In this document: positions 9,839 through 20,035 of the stretch, one piece after another | How the letters are laid out: each line of letters starts with the position of its first letter | How positions within the stretch are numbered: position 1 is the stretch's first letter | From: Amoebidium appalachense | Lineage: Eukaryota > Protista > Ichthyosporea | NCBI GenBank assembly: GCA_963693365.1 | Contig: CAVNZM010000033.1 | Span: 1 to 49,678 of the forward strand | Direction of reading: 5' to 3' | DNA: 49,678 bases | Made by a program: the position numbers and the translations under genes | The notes under the pieces: model-generated | The model's database searches: none | What the model saw: only the letters and a program-made list of their open reading frames with translations | What the model was told of the DNA's origin: nothing

Positions 9839-12800
9839 ATGGATCCAAACAAAACTGGCGTAAACAAAATCACCATGTGGAAAGGTGAAGGGAAGACTGG
9901 TCCCGATAGCAAAACTACCTATTTTCAATGGGAAATCATTTTTCTCGGCATGATGACCGGCACTAAAGGTGTCCGACTCGTGGATGTTGTCCTTGCTGAC
10001 AACTACGTCCCCCCTACCACCGTCGCGGTTGACGGTGAACCCCCCTTCTATGGCTACGGCACTACCGCGGAACTCAAAGAGGCCCGCAATTGCCTCCTGC
10101 TCCATATGATACAGAACATCGACCCTTCCGTCCTCACCACCGTTGCCCAGTACCGTATTGGCATGGACCCTGAACGGGCCATGTGGAAATTCCGTCAACA
10201 CTATCTCCAAGGCAAACCCGATCAGATCCGCATCCTTCACCGTCAGTGGGATGCCTGTGCCCTTCAGCCCGGTGAATCATTCACCACCTACCTGAGCCGT
10301 CTGCAGACCATCGTGAACCAGCTCCAGTCTCTCCAAGATGAGTCCATTCACTTCACTCGTCTAGCTGAGAAGTTCTTCAATGAACTCACCACCAGAGACG
10401 ACCTCACCCCTGAGTTCAATCGTCTTATCGAAGACTATCACTTCGGTGATAAGCTATTCCCCGACTTCGAGTCCCTCCATAACCACGTCAAGGGCATCGA
10501 GTTACGTCAAGACCTCAAGATGCAACTCCGGAACAACCGTGCCCACCGTGCCTCCAAGTCCAGCATGGCATTAAATGCCAGTGCTCCCCCCCGTGATCTT
10601 CCTCGCCGTGACTTACGCACCCGACTTGACCGTACCTCTGGCACGGACCTCCGAACTCGTCTCTCCCGTCAGCACACCCGATCCCGTTCCCCCCACCGGC
10701 CTGCCTTCCGGTCCACGTCTCGTTCCCCCAGTCGTTCCCGTTTCTCGGGTTCCCGTCGTTCTGATTCCCCGGCTCGTTCTAACACCCCGTCCGTGAAAGA
10801 ATGCTCCTACTGCCACGAGCCTGATCACACGATCATCGATTGCCCTGAGCCGAAATGCCGTATGTCCAGACACAACCGTTCCCGTCAAGGCAGTGAGAAA
10901 TCTGTCTCCTTTGCTTTCTCGGCATACAATGCTAGCTCCGTCCGCGTGTCCTCCGACCCTGCCTGGGATTCCGGGTGCAACATGACTGTTTGCCCCACCC
11001 GTGAGTTCTTCCATGACCTCACTCCCCTTCCGACACCGACTCCCGTTGCTGCCTTCAATGGCACCCCCGTCTTGGCCACTCACACCGGCCATATCGTCAT
11101 CAACACCACCACCGACCATGGCACTACCACCCTAACCATTGAAGCCTACTACACCCCGTCTGGCCAAGCCTTCCTCATTTCAACATCCCAAGCTGCTGCC
11201 GAATACATCAAGGGTGATTTGAACGATGCCTCCACTCCGTCATTCCTCTTCGACCGACTCACCGGCCGTCATCTCGTCAACCTCCGTCTACACAACGGTC
11301 TGTATTACTTCAAGGACTACACCATTCAACCACCCACTCGTCCTGTGGCTCTGGCTGCCACTACCAGTGTTAACCCATCCATCTGGCACCATCGTCTGGG
11401 GCACCGAGCTATGACCAGCATCAAGGACATGGTGAAACACGACCTTGTTATTGGTCTCCCCTCCTCTGTCCTCGACTGTGATGTTCCTGATTGTCATGGC
11501 TGCATTATGGGTAAGACCACCAAGGCTCCGTTCAGGGGTGACCGTCCTCACTCCAACATCCCCGGTCATGAATGGCATTGGGATTTTTTTGAGCCTACCA
11601 CAACATCGTACGGAGGTTCCAAGGTTGCTCTCGTCACTGTCTGCCGTGCCTCTGGCCTCGTCAAGATCTACCCGATGGCCGACCGTACCACCACCCTGGA
11701 TATTCTCACAGCTCACACCAACCTCGTTGCCACCCATGCCCCCTCCAAAGTTGGTGTTTACCACTTCGACTCCGGCTCTGAGTTCACCTCCAAGGATACC
11801 CGTGCTTTTTGCCTCTCCCAGGGCATCAAGGCCAGCTATGCTCCGGTGGACTGCCCTCAACTGAACGGCTATGTTGAACGACGTATGCGGTTCCTCCAAG
11901 AGATTGTCCGTTGCCTCCTCCATCAAGTCCAAGATCAGTCTCTGTCTCCCAAACTGTGGGCTGAGGCCCTCCAACATGCCGCCTACATCATCAACGTCAC
12001 CCCGTCCACGACTGCCAATGGTCGTACACCATTCGAGGTTTTCTACGGTGTCAAGCCCGACATCTCCGAGCTCAAAGTGTTCGGTTGCCCTGCCTACACT
12101 CACGTGCCAGCCTCTAAACGGAACAAGCTGGCCCCCACCGTCAAACTCGGCATGTATATCGGCTATGATCTTCAATCACACTGCCACCGGATCTTCAATG
12201 CCACCACCCATCGTGTCGGCCTCTTCCGTGATGTGATTTTCGACGAATCAGCTTATCTCCCGTCCGACATTCCATCAACCCTTCCGACCCCCGACACCAC
12301 TGCTACCTCGACCACCCCACCCCCCACAGTTGACACTGAAGATGATGTTTGTCTGGTGTACTCTGGCCCCCCTCCTGCCATCGTCGTTCCCCCGACACCC
12401 CCCCCCCACCGGCCCCCCTGCCCCCGTGCCCGTCCAGCCTGCCGACCCTCATCCTGGCCCTGGCAACGTCACACCCATCCGACCCGGCTCCCCCGACAAC
12501 TTCCACTCGGCCCCGTCCAGCCCGGAGGTTGCCCCCCCCTGCACTTCCGAACTTCCAAGTTCCCCCCCCACCGTCTCCACCTACCCCGGTTCCTGCACCC
12601 CGTCGTTCTGCCCGTCTCCAGGGCAAGGTTGGACTTCAAGCCACCACCACCCTGCCAGTCCCCCCCGGTCCCCCCATCAACATCGACCAACTACCCAAAC
12701 TTGTCCGTCAACTCTGTTCCGGACCCAATGGTGATCAGGTCAAGTCAGCCCTGACTGCTGAGTATCAAGCCTTCGTCGACAAAGACATCTTTGAACTTGT

Positions 12801-14248
12801 TGACCCTCCCCCTGGTGCTAACATCGTCGGCTTCAAGTGGATTGTCTCCGAGAAAACTCTCAACTCGGCTGGTGACACCAAGATCAAGGCACGTGGTGTT
12901 GCTCAAGGCTTCAGTCAGCAATACGGTGTTGACTATGAGTTGATTGAGAGCCCTGTCATCCGTCCGGCTGCTCTCCGTGCCATCCTAGCTCTGGCCGTTG
13001 TTGAAGGTCATGACATACATCAACTCGACGTGTCTACGGCCTTTCTCAACAGCCCACTCACCGAGACCATCTACATGAAACAACCCCCGGGATTCATCAC
13101 CATGGCCACACTTGGCAAGGTCTGGAGACTCAAGAAAGCCCTGTACGGCCTCAAGCAAGCCTCCAAGGCTTGGTACGACTTCCTCGACGGCATTCTTCTT
13201 GCCCATGGCCTGACCCGTACTAAGACCGACCCGTGCATCTACCTCCGGTTCTTCCCCAACAACGATGTGGTACGGGCTGGTAACTACGTCGATGACTCCA
13301 CCATCACCAACACCCGGGGTTCTACTGCTGCCAGTGACCTGGCTGCCCACATCAGCAAGATGGCCAGCTGTCGTATGAGTCCATTTGACCGTATGCTCGG
13401 TGTTGATTTTAATCACTCTGATCCCCATCACCTCCACATGCACCAGAGGTCTTACATCATGGATATCATCCACGACTTCAACCTCACCGATGCCAAGTCC
13501 AAGTCTACCCCCATCCCTGCAGGCACCACCGTCTCCCTGGCTGATTGCCCCCCCCCAACCGTTCACCGTGCCCTACCGTGAGTTACTCGGCCGTCTCCTC
13601 TGGGTGGCACGGTGCACACGTCCCGACATTGCCTATGCCATCGGCTTCCTTGGTCGGTTCAGCACCAACCCCGGCAAGACTCACTGGGACCTTCTCCGTC
13701 GTGTGGCCCGGTACCTGCTCGGCACCATTGACCTTGGCATTGACTACAAGTACTCGGCCACCCAGTCCCCCATACTCGAATGCTACACGGATGCTGACTT
13801 TGCTGGTTGTGCCGACAGCAAGAAGTCTACCACCGGCTACATTATCGTGTTTGCTGGTATGCCCGTCATCTGGTACTCCAAGCTCCAGCCCATCACGGCC
13901 ACCAGCACCACTGAAGCTGAGCTGATTGCTCTCAATGCTGGCACCCAAGAAGTTGCTTGGGTCCGTGACCTCTTCAAGGAACTCGGCTGTCCCATGCTTG
14001 CTCCGACTCCGGTGTACTGTGACAACCAGTCGACCATTGCCATCGTCAACTCCACCGGCATCAAGCACCGTACCAAACACATTGCCGTCCGGTATCACAA
14101 CACCAAGGACTACATTGCCAGTGGGGACGTGGTTGTCCACTACGTTGAGTCAGCCCACAACTTAGCTGACATACTCACCAAACCCCTCCCCGGCCCGAGT
14201 CATGTCCACCATCGTGCTCGACTTTGTTTACCGGATATTGTGGATTGA
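9839..14248 (+). CDS. gag-pol: Copia gag-pol polyprotein, copy 1, broken by frameshifts in poly-C tracts
   Basis: Zinc knuckle CSYCHEPDHTIIDC, protease WDSGCN, WHHRLGH...CHGC, integrase HWDFF/FDSGSEF/NGYVERR, RT QLDVSTAFLN/LYGLKQA/YVDD, RNase H YTDADFA...ADILTK. Confidence 0.95.
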
Positions 14249-14673
14249 CCCGACCTACTTCAAGAGTGATTTTCTCATGTGTACTACTTACTTTATCAAC
14301 ATCATTATATCATATGTATTGCCTTTGTGGGTATGCCCACTTAGGGTTTATATATAAGGTTTGACCTGTACCATCACTCTACTCTATCTTTCACTGGTTT
14401 AAAACCCAGTTAATCAAACACCGCCTATACACGTTATATATATTCGTTGTTTTTGCCCCGGTTCCTTCCCCCCCCCCCCCCCCCCCCCCTTCCCCCCCCT
14501 TTCCCCCCCCCCCCCCTCCCCCCCCCCCCCCCCCCCCCTTCTCCCCCCCCCCCCCCCCCCCCCGGGAAAAGTACACACTTTAATTTTTTTTTTCCGTTTC
14601 TGTTCTCAAGTGGGGAGATTTCACTAGTTCAGTGGGGATATGATAACACAAACTTCAAAGTCTTAAGTGGGGA

Positions 14674-15598
14674 TGTTGTAATACGTAGTATTTACATATG
14701 GTAAGATCTTCTCAGTTTGTGTTATGTTTCAGTTCATATGCTTAGTGTAAATGCCACACTCCTATTATGTAAAGTGTAGCATCGATCTCCGATATGCTTG
14801 TATACTTGTAATCGTGTTGTATCGGCTTTAATCGTGTATTGTAATATCGATTAGAATATTTATATGTGTGTACACGGATCCACCCACTCAGGGAGAGACG
14901 TGTACATGTTCGTGTGTACATAAATATCTCTGGTTATAGTTATGCTATTACTATCTTGTTTGTTGATCTGTGCTCTCTTTTCCTTCCTCTTTCTCCTTCC
15001 TTATTTTCTTTTCTTTCTCTCCTTGTCTTCATGTGTATAATCGTATTTCTTTTCTACTAATATATGTTAGGTAGATTTGTGTTACTTAATACGTGTTCAT
15101 TGGACGGTAACACATTTAGGCTACACTTAGAATAGCATGTGTGTTTAGACTTCATTAATTCACTTTAGTTTTCATGTGTTGCCGGGCTTTAACCAATCAT
15201 CAAGGTTAAGTGTGATATGTCTGAGTCTTTGCAGTATGTCATAGGTTAGAACTTCCTTGATGATGACACGAGTTGATCTTAACTAGTGTCTGTGTCCTAT
15301 CGTGTACGCCTCCGCGTACCGGATCTCTCTGAAAGCAATTGGTTCTTAGTGATTGGTTTCTATTAGAGATGGATCTGATTTCCGACTGGTCGGAAATCAT
15401 GTATGGATTGGACTTAGAGGAATTTCAGGTATTTATTCGAAGATCAGAATAAATTCAGTTCAGTCGTGTCTAAACATTGATGTCTGTTGTGTACACTGCT
15501 CCGATCGTTCCGTGTTTTGTTGTTGTGTGTGTCTGTGGTGTTTTCACACTGCACCACTGTGTCTCTGCTTACATCCCAAATACTTATAGAAATTAACA
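14674..15598 (+). repeat. 3' LTR of Copia copy 1 (925 bp)
   Basis: Preceded by the polypurine-tract-like AAGTGGGGA and followed by TSD GGGGA. Confidence 0.97.
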
Positions 15599-16491
15599 GG
15601 GGAGGCCACTTGGCGGCGCGGGCGGTGTAGTCGAGGAAGCGGTCGGCAGGAATGCCGTCCTTGCCCGGCAGCTTGTCGACATCGGGGGCAAACAGGGCCT
15701 CGTTGGGCAAGGGGTCCGTCCCCCTCGCCTTCTCGATGCCAAAGAGCTTTTTGAGGGGGTCGGGGTTGAAGGACGAGTACTGGGCGGCCGTGGTGGTGTT
15801 CCACTTGTCCGCATACTCCCAGTCGGCGTCCTGCGGGCTGTACGTCCCGTGCATGCGGCCGGCGGGGCTGTTGCCGTAGTCGGCCGACGACAGGAACCGT
15901 TCCAGGTTGATCATCAGGTGGTTGTAGCCTGAAATGTCCTCGACGGTGGTGCCGTTGATGGACACACGGGCCCTTTCAAACGGTGCGGCCGAGGAGCAGA
16001 GGTGGCCCCCCATCATGGCCATCCCCTCCAGGTTGCGGACCTTGAGGGGGAAAATGTCGGTTGCCGCCGCGTTGTTGTTGAGGGTGTTGTTGGCCAACGT
16101 CTCGCTCTGGGGCACGGTGGTGCCCTCGTAGTCCCTTATGGTGGTGTCGATCTCGAGGGGGTGGGCCAGCTGACCGGGGAGGGGGAACCTGCGCAGCCTC
16201 TCCACCTTCACGCCCACGTACTCGGGGGCGTTGGGCACGTTGGCCTTGAACTGGAACGTCATGTAGGAGTTGAGACAGTCCAGGAAGCCCACGGCCGGCA
16301 GGGAGAACCGAATCACGCGCTGCCCCTTTGAGCTGTACGTCGAGCCGGTCACCGGGTAGGTCTTGACCGTCGACCGGCGGTTGATGTGGCTGAGCTCCAC
16401 GGGCGAGTACGTGCCGGCGTCCGTCAGCTTGTGGTAGGCCATGTTGAGGGGCACGGAGGCGTCGTAGGGGGCTGCCATGTTGGTGGTGTGT

Positions 16492-17301
16492 TTACCTATG
16501 CCGTACATTTTTTTCGCCGTCACTGTCGCCGCCACCGTCGGACCCCGGGGACCCCAGCACCACCTCCTGTTCGAAATTTCGAAACATCCGCCCCTCGTTC
16601 AAGCGGATAAAGAGGAAGTCGTGCTTGCCCCGGTAGACCGTGTCCATCAATTCGAAAAATTGGGGGGTCTCGAGGGCGGGCAGGAACTCGTCCCGCAACA
16701 CCTTGAGCTCGGTGTTGTTGGTGTTCTTGAAGTAGGCCAAGGCGTCAGCCTGGCTGCGCAGCTCGAGGGGTATCTTGTTGAGCTTCTGCCCGACCATCAT
16801 CACCGACACACCAATGTGTCGGCGGTTCTGCGCCATGCGCACAAACTCGCGCAGGTTGCCCGACTTGCGAAAAATGTGGGACATGTCGTCATTGACAAAC
16901 ACCAGCAGCATGCGGTAGTTGGGGTTAACCTTCTTGTGCTGAAGCGACAGCTTGAGAATCTCGGGGAGGAACGACACGTCCTGGTGCAGGCGGGCCTTGG
17001 GGATTTTCAGGGCCGTGCCCAGGGTGTGCATGCTCGGGCTGAAAATGTACACGCGGTCAAACAGTTTATTGTAGAACTGACCCTCCCGGACAATCAAGTT
17101 GACGAGCAGGTTGGACTTGCCGGACCCGGGCTGGCCAATGAGCAGGAAGAAGAACACGTTGTCCATCAACGGGTAGGGCACCCTCAGCTTGGTGTCGCAC
17201 GTCATTGGTATGTGCTCCACCGAGAGGGGTGCGGGCAGGGGCTTGACGGCAATGGGCGGGGGCGGGTGCATGATGGTGTCACTCTCACCCAACAGGCCCA
17301 T
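16492..17301 (-). CDS. A32-like (FtsK-HerA superfamily) genome packaging ATPase
   Basis: Walker A GQPGSGKS, FDRVYIFSPS, Walker B LLVFVNDD, NRRHIGVSVMMVGQ, IPLELRSQ. Confidence 0.93.
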   Translation of the reverse strand: MGLLGESDTIMHPPPPIAVKPLPAPLSVEHIPMTCDTKLRVPYPLMDNVFFFLLIGQPGSGKSNLLVNLIVREGQFYNKLFDRVYIFSPSMHTLGTALKIPKARLHQDVSFLPEILKLSLQHKKVNPNYRMLLVFVNDDMSHIFRKSGNLREFVRMAQNRRHIGVSVMMVGQKLNKIPLELRSQADALAYFKNTNNTELKVLRDEFLPALETPQFFELMDTVYRGKHDFLFIRLNEGRMFRNFEQEVVLGSPGSDGGGDSDGEKNVRHR

Positions 17302-17305
17302 AAAA

Positions 17306-17542
17306 TTAGTGCCTGCAGCCGTCGATTTGCACGTTGTAGACCGTGAAGTCGTCCAGGCACTCGAAGCTGCAGAGGTACATGGGCTCGTCACCCAGCCACG
17401 TCATGACGCACCCACAGTCAAAGTCGTAGCCCGGCCCCTCCTCCTGGGTGGCGCACTTGAACCAGTGCCCACAGTAGTCGCACGCGTGCTGCCATGGTTC
17501 GGCGTCCGTGTCGGATGCCGCCTTGGTTGTCGGGTTGGCCAT
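17306..17542 (-). CDS. Small Cys-rich putative zinc-binding protein (78 aa)
   Basis: MANPTTKAA...CDYCGHWFKC...DCGC...YLCSFEC; abuts the ATPase start. It is the real 3' part of the listed 325-aa ORF. Confidence 0.6.
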   Translation of the reverse strand: MANPTTKAASDTDAEPWQHACDYCGHWFKCATQEEGPGYDFDCGCVMTWLGDEPMYLCSFECLDDFTVYNVQIDGCRH

Positions 17543-17566
17543 GTCGGTTGCCGTGTCTGTAATACG

Positions 17567-17619
17567 GCACACATTTTTTGGACGTTGGCACCGTCCAACG
17601 TCGGTAAAAAAATGTGTGC
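17567..17619. promoter_or_regulatory. Palindromic divergent-promoter region
   Basis: Outer arms GCACACATTTTTT / AAAAAATGTGTGC and inner arms GACGTTGG / CCAACGTC, between divergent starts at 17542 (-) and 17636 (+). Confidence 0.6.
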
Positions 17620-17635
17620 GTACTGGTAACCAACC

Positions 17636-18244
17636 ATGTCGGCCGAAGACAACCAAATCGAGCGCGTGTCTGACGGCGAAGTCCACCAACCCGTGTCCAA
17701 CGGCGCCACCGGCATGGGTGTGGAGCCCATGGTGTTGGACGCCGGCCACGTGGCCAAGGCGAGACGGCAGCCCACGGCCCGGCAGCTGGAAGCCCTGGAG
17801 AAGGGCCGGAGCACCAGGGTGGAACGCATGCGGCGAAACAAGGACTACATCCGTGAACTCGAGCAGAAGCTGCAGGTGCTGGAGACCCGCCCGCCCGGCC
17901 CCCCGCCGGCAAAAGCAGAAGCACCGGCACAACCCCCAAAAGCACCCCGGCCAAGGCAGAAGAAGGCACCACGGAAGCCCATGACGAGGGTGGTGTTCGA
18001 GGAAGGGGACAGCGATGGCGGCTATGACGACTCGGACCCGCACAGCAACCCCTACTACCAGTACTACATGCCCCCGCCGGTACCACACCCCATGGGTGCA
18101 CCGGGCGGGTACGCACCTCCACAGACACGCCACAGTGCCCCCCACACGGGCATGGGCTACGGTCCGTACCACCCTCCTGCAGCAGCAGCACCCCCTCCCC
18201 AGCGCAGCTACAGCGACCACATCGCCAGCCTCATTTCGTGGTGA
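17636..18244 (+). CDS. Hypothetical protein with basic coiled coil and Pro/Tyr-rich tail (202 aa)
   Basis: Good start context ACCATG, GC3-rich, RQLEALEKGRSTRVERMRRNK helix. Confidence 0.7.
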   Translation: MSAEDNQIERVSDGEVHQPVSNGATGMGVEPMVLDAGHVAKARRQPTARQLEALEKGRSTRVERMRRNKDYIRELEQKLQVLETRPPGPPPAKAEAPAQPPKAPRPRQKKAPRKPMTRVVFEEGDSDGGYDDSDPHSNPYYQYYMPPPVPHPMGAPGGYAPPQTRHSAPHTGMGYGPYHPPAAAAPPPQRSYSDHIASLISW

Positions 18245-18300
18245 CGTAGGAAGGAAAAATTCGTGTGCCCCCACTAGTAGCAAGCTACCGGTGCACGGCC

Positions 18301-18591
18301 ATGGCTACCCCTAGGAGCACGAAAAACCTGCCGTCGGCGTACTCGTCGCCGTTTACGTTCGACGACTACCTCGAGTTCTACATACGACACGGCACGGACA
18401 AACAGTTCGACCCGGCCGACAAGGCCGGGAAGAAGCCCGAAAACAAAATCGAAAAAAAATTCCTGAGATTGAAGAAGAGGGTGCCGGTCGACCGGCAGGA
18501 GGAGCTGAGGAAGGTGCTGGAATACGAGGCCGATCTCGATGCCCGCATGCTGGCCCACATACAGAAGCAGGAGGGAGAGACCAACATCTAA
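18301..18591 (+). CDS. Small charged hypothetical protein (96 aa)
   Basis: GCCATGG start, coding-like composition, stop overlaps the convergent penton stop. Confidence 0.6.
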   Translation: MATPRSTKNLPSAYSSPFTFDDYLEFYIRHGTDKQFDPADKAGKKPENKIEKKFLRLKKRVPVDRQEELRKVLEYEADLDARMLAHIQKQEGETNI

Positions 18592-19977
18592 AAATAGGAC
18601 CGGCCACCGCCCGACCGACCGGCCCGGAAAGACCTCTGCAGGTAGTTGATGTTGCTGCCGGCGTAGGCAATGCCCTGGGCGGCACGACCAATGTCCATGA
18701 CCGTCCGGAACCTGTCCCAGGCCTCGTTGGGGTGGACGATGACGGTGTGGCTGCGTGGTGTGGCCGTGCGGTCCGGCAGTGCCGGCCGCCAGTACTCGGA
18801 GTCGTTGACGTGCCCCACCCCTCGAAAATCCATGTTTGTTTGTAAGGCTCCCGTTAACCGTTGTATGTCAAAATATAGCCACCGTGACGCTAGCCGAACC
18901 GTTGGGGTTTGGCCATGGGCCGGATCGCCGTGACCCCCGTGGGGCTCGGGATTCGCCGGAGGCACGATAAAACCGTCATGTCCCCCCTCAGCCCCACCAC
19001 GTCCCCGTAGCAGCTGACCAGCTTGATGCTGAGCGAGTTGATGTGCGTGCTGACGTCCAGAGGCAGCTCGACGACGGCCCCGTTGTCAAAGAGGGGGAGG
19101 GCGTACTGCGGGAAGGTGGGTATGACGGCCAGAATGTCCTTGCTCGGATAGGACGACTGGAACTTGACGTCGGCGTTGGCCACGCTCACCGACGACTCCG
19201 AATTCACCCCGTGCAGCTCAAGGAAAAAGTGGCTGGGGAATGCCGGTATGTTGGGGGCCATGACCTCTCCCTCTGCCCTAGAGGCGGCCAGCTGGCCGTC
19301 GAGGGGCATGCCGGCCGCTGCAGCCATGACCGGGCTGTCGAACCACATGACCACCCGGTAAAACTCGTTCGCATTGAACAGCGTGATGCGGCTGGCTACT
19401 TGGTGACACCCCACCCCCCCAACGTGTCCACGTCGTTCACAATCTCGTCCTTGATGGCGTCGGGTAGATTCGGGTGGTAGACTTCCTTCAAGGCGTAGTT
19501 CAACCAGGCAGCCACGAGCGTGCCCACAATGTTCTCGTCGTCTAGTTCATACGCCTCAGAGTCATCCGCGCACAGTTTTCTGGACCCACGGCCGATGTAC
19601 TCCCCCCTAGGGTCCACCCCAAACTCGTACAGGGGTATCTGCTTGAAGGTCGACAACGACGATTCCGGCACGTCCGCAGGGAGGGGCTCCAGGGGTATGC
19701 GTCTGTGCTCCATGCTGGGCCCCCACCCGCCCGGGGAGCCGGGGTCGACCGGCCGCAGGGCAATGTTGACGTAGCACTTGTCACGAGGGAAGGGGTAGTA
19801 GAAGGTGTTGGCCGACGTCATGGTGCTCACCCAACGGGCACCCAACGACGTGTTCTGCATGAACCCGATGGGCGGTGAGAGCATGGCCTTCATCTGCACA
19901 GGTGCAGGCTCCTGCTGGCCCTGCACAAAGTCACCGACGTGCTGCATGACAACCAGGTGTGTGGGTGCGTGGTCCAT
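18588..19977 (-). CDS. Minor capsid protein (penton), two frameshifts in G homopolymers near 19410 and 18985
   Basis: DILAVIP...INSLSIKLVSCYGDVVGLRG...WLYFDI is the typical penton C-terminal signature. ORFs 19396..19977, 18890..19414 and 18588..18965 overlap at G runs. Confidence 0.75.
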
Positions 19978-20035
19978 GGTGGTGGTTGTTACGTAATGAG
20001 GTACAAAAAATCGCCGTGTAACAGTAACGTGCAAC

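Larger units (their letters stand above)
8852..15598 (+). mobile_element. Full-length Ty1/Copia LTR retrotransposon, copy 1 (6747 bp)
   Basis: TGTT...AACA LTRs at 8852..9776 and 14674..15598, TSD GGGGA at 8847..8851 and 15599..15603, domain order gag-PR-IN-RT-RH. Confidence 0.98.
7987..16478 (-). pseudogene. MCP: Major capsid protein (double jelly-roll, PLV type), 579 aa when reconstructed, split by Copia copy 1
   Basis: N-part 16478..15604 (PVTGSTYSSKGQRVIRFSLPAVGFLDCLNSYMTF) joins the C-part 8851..7987 in frame: AAKWPP-HQANIQAQIDATDGFTYIHQLKLGLMRSGRYLPLSYMGEVQIELSL...FMIALDLE...YSGLDT. Adjacent to the packaging ATPase. Confidence 0.88.

Noticed and set aside
15444-15598. C-terminal LLISISIWDVSRD... 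of the 363-aa ORF
   Set aside because: Read-through into the antisense LTR; the true MCP continues at 8846.
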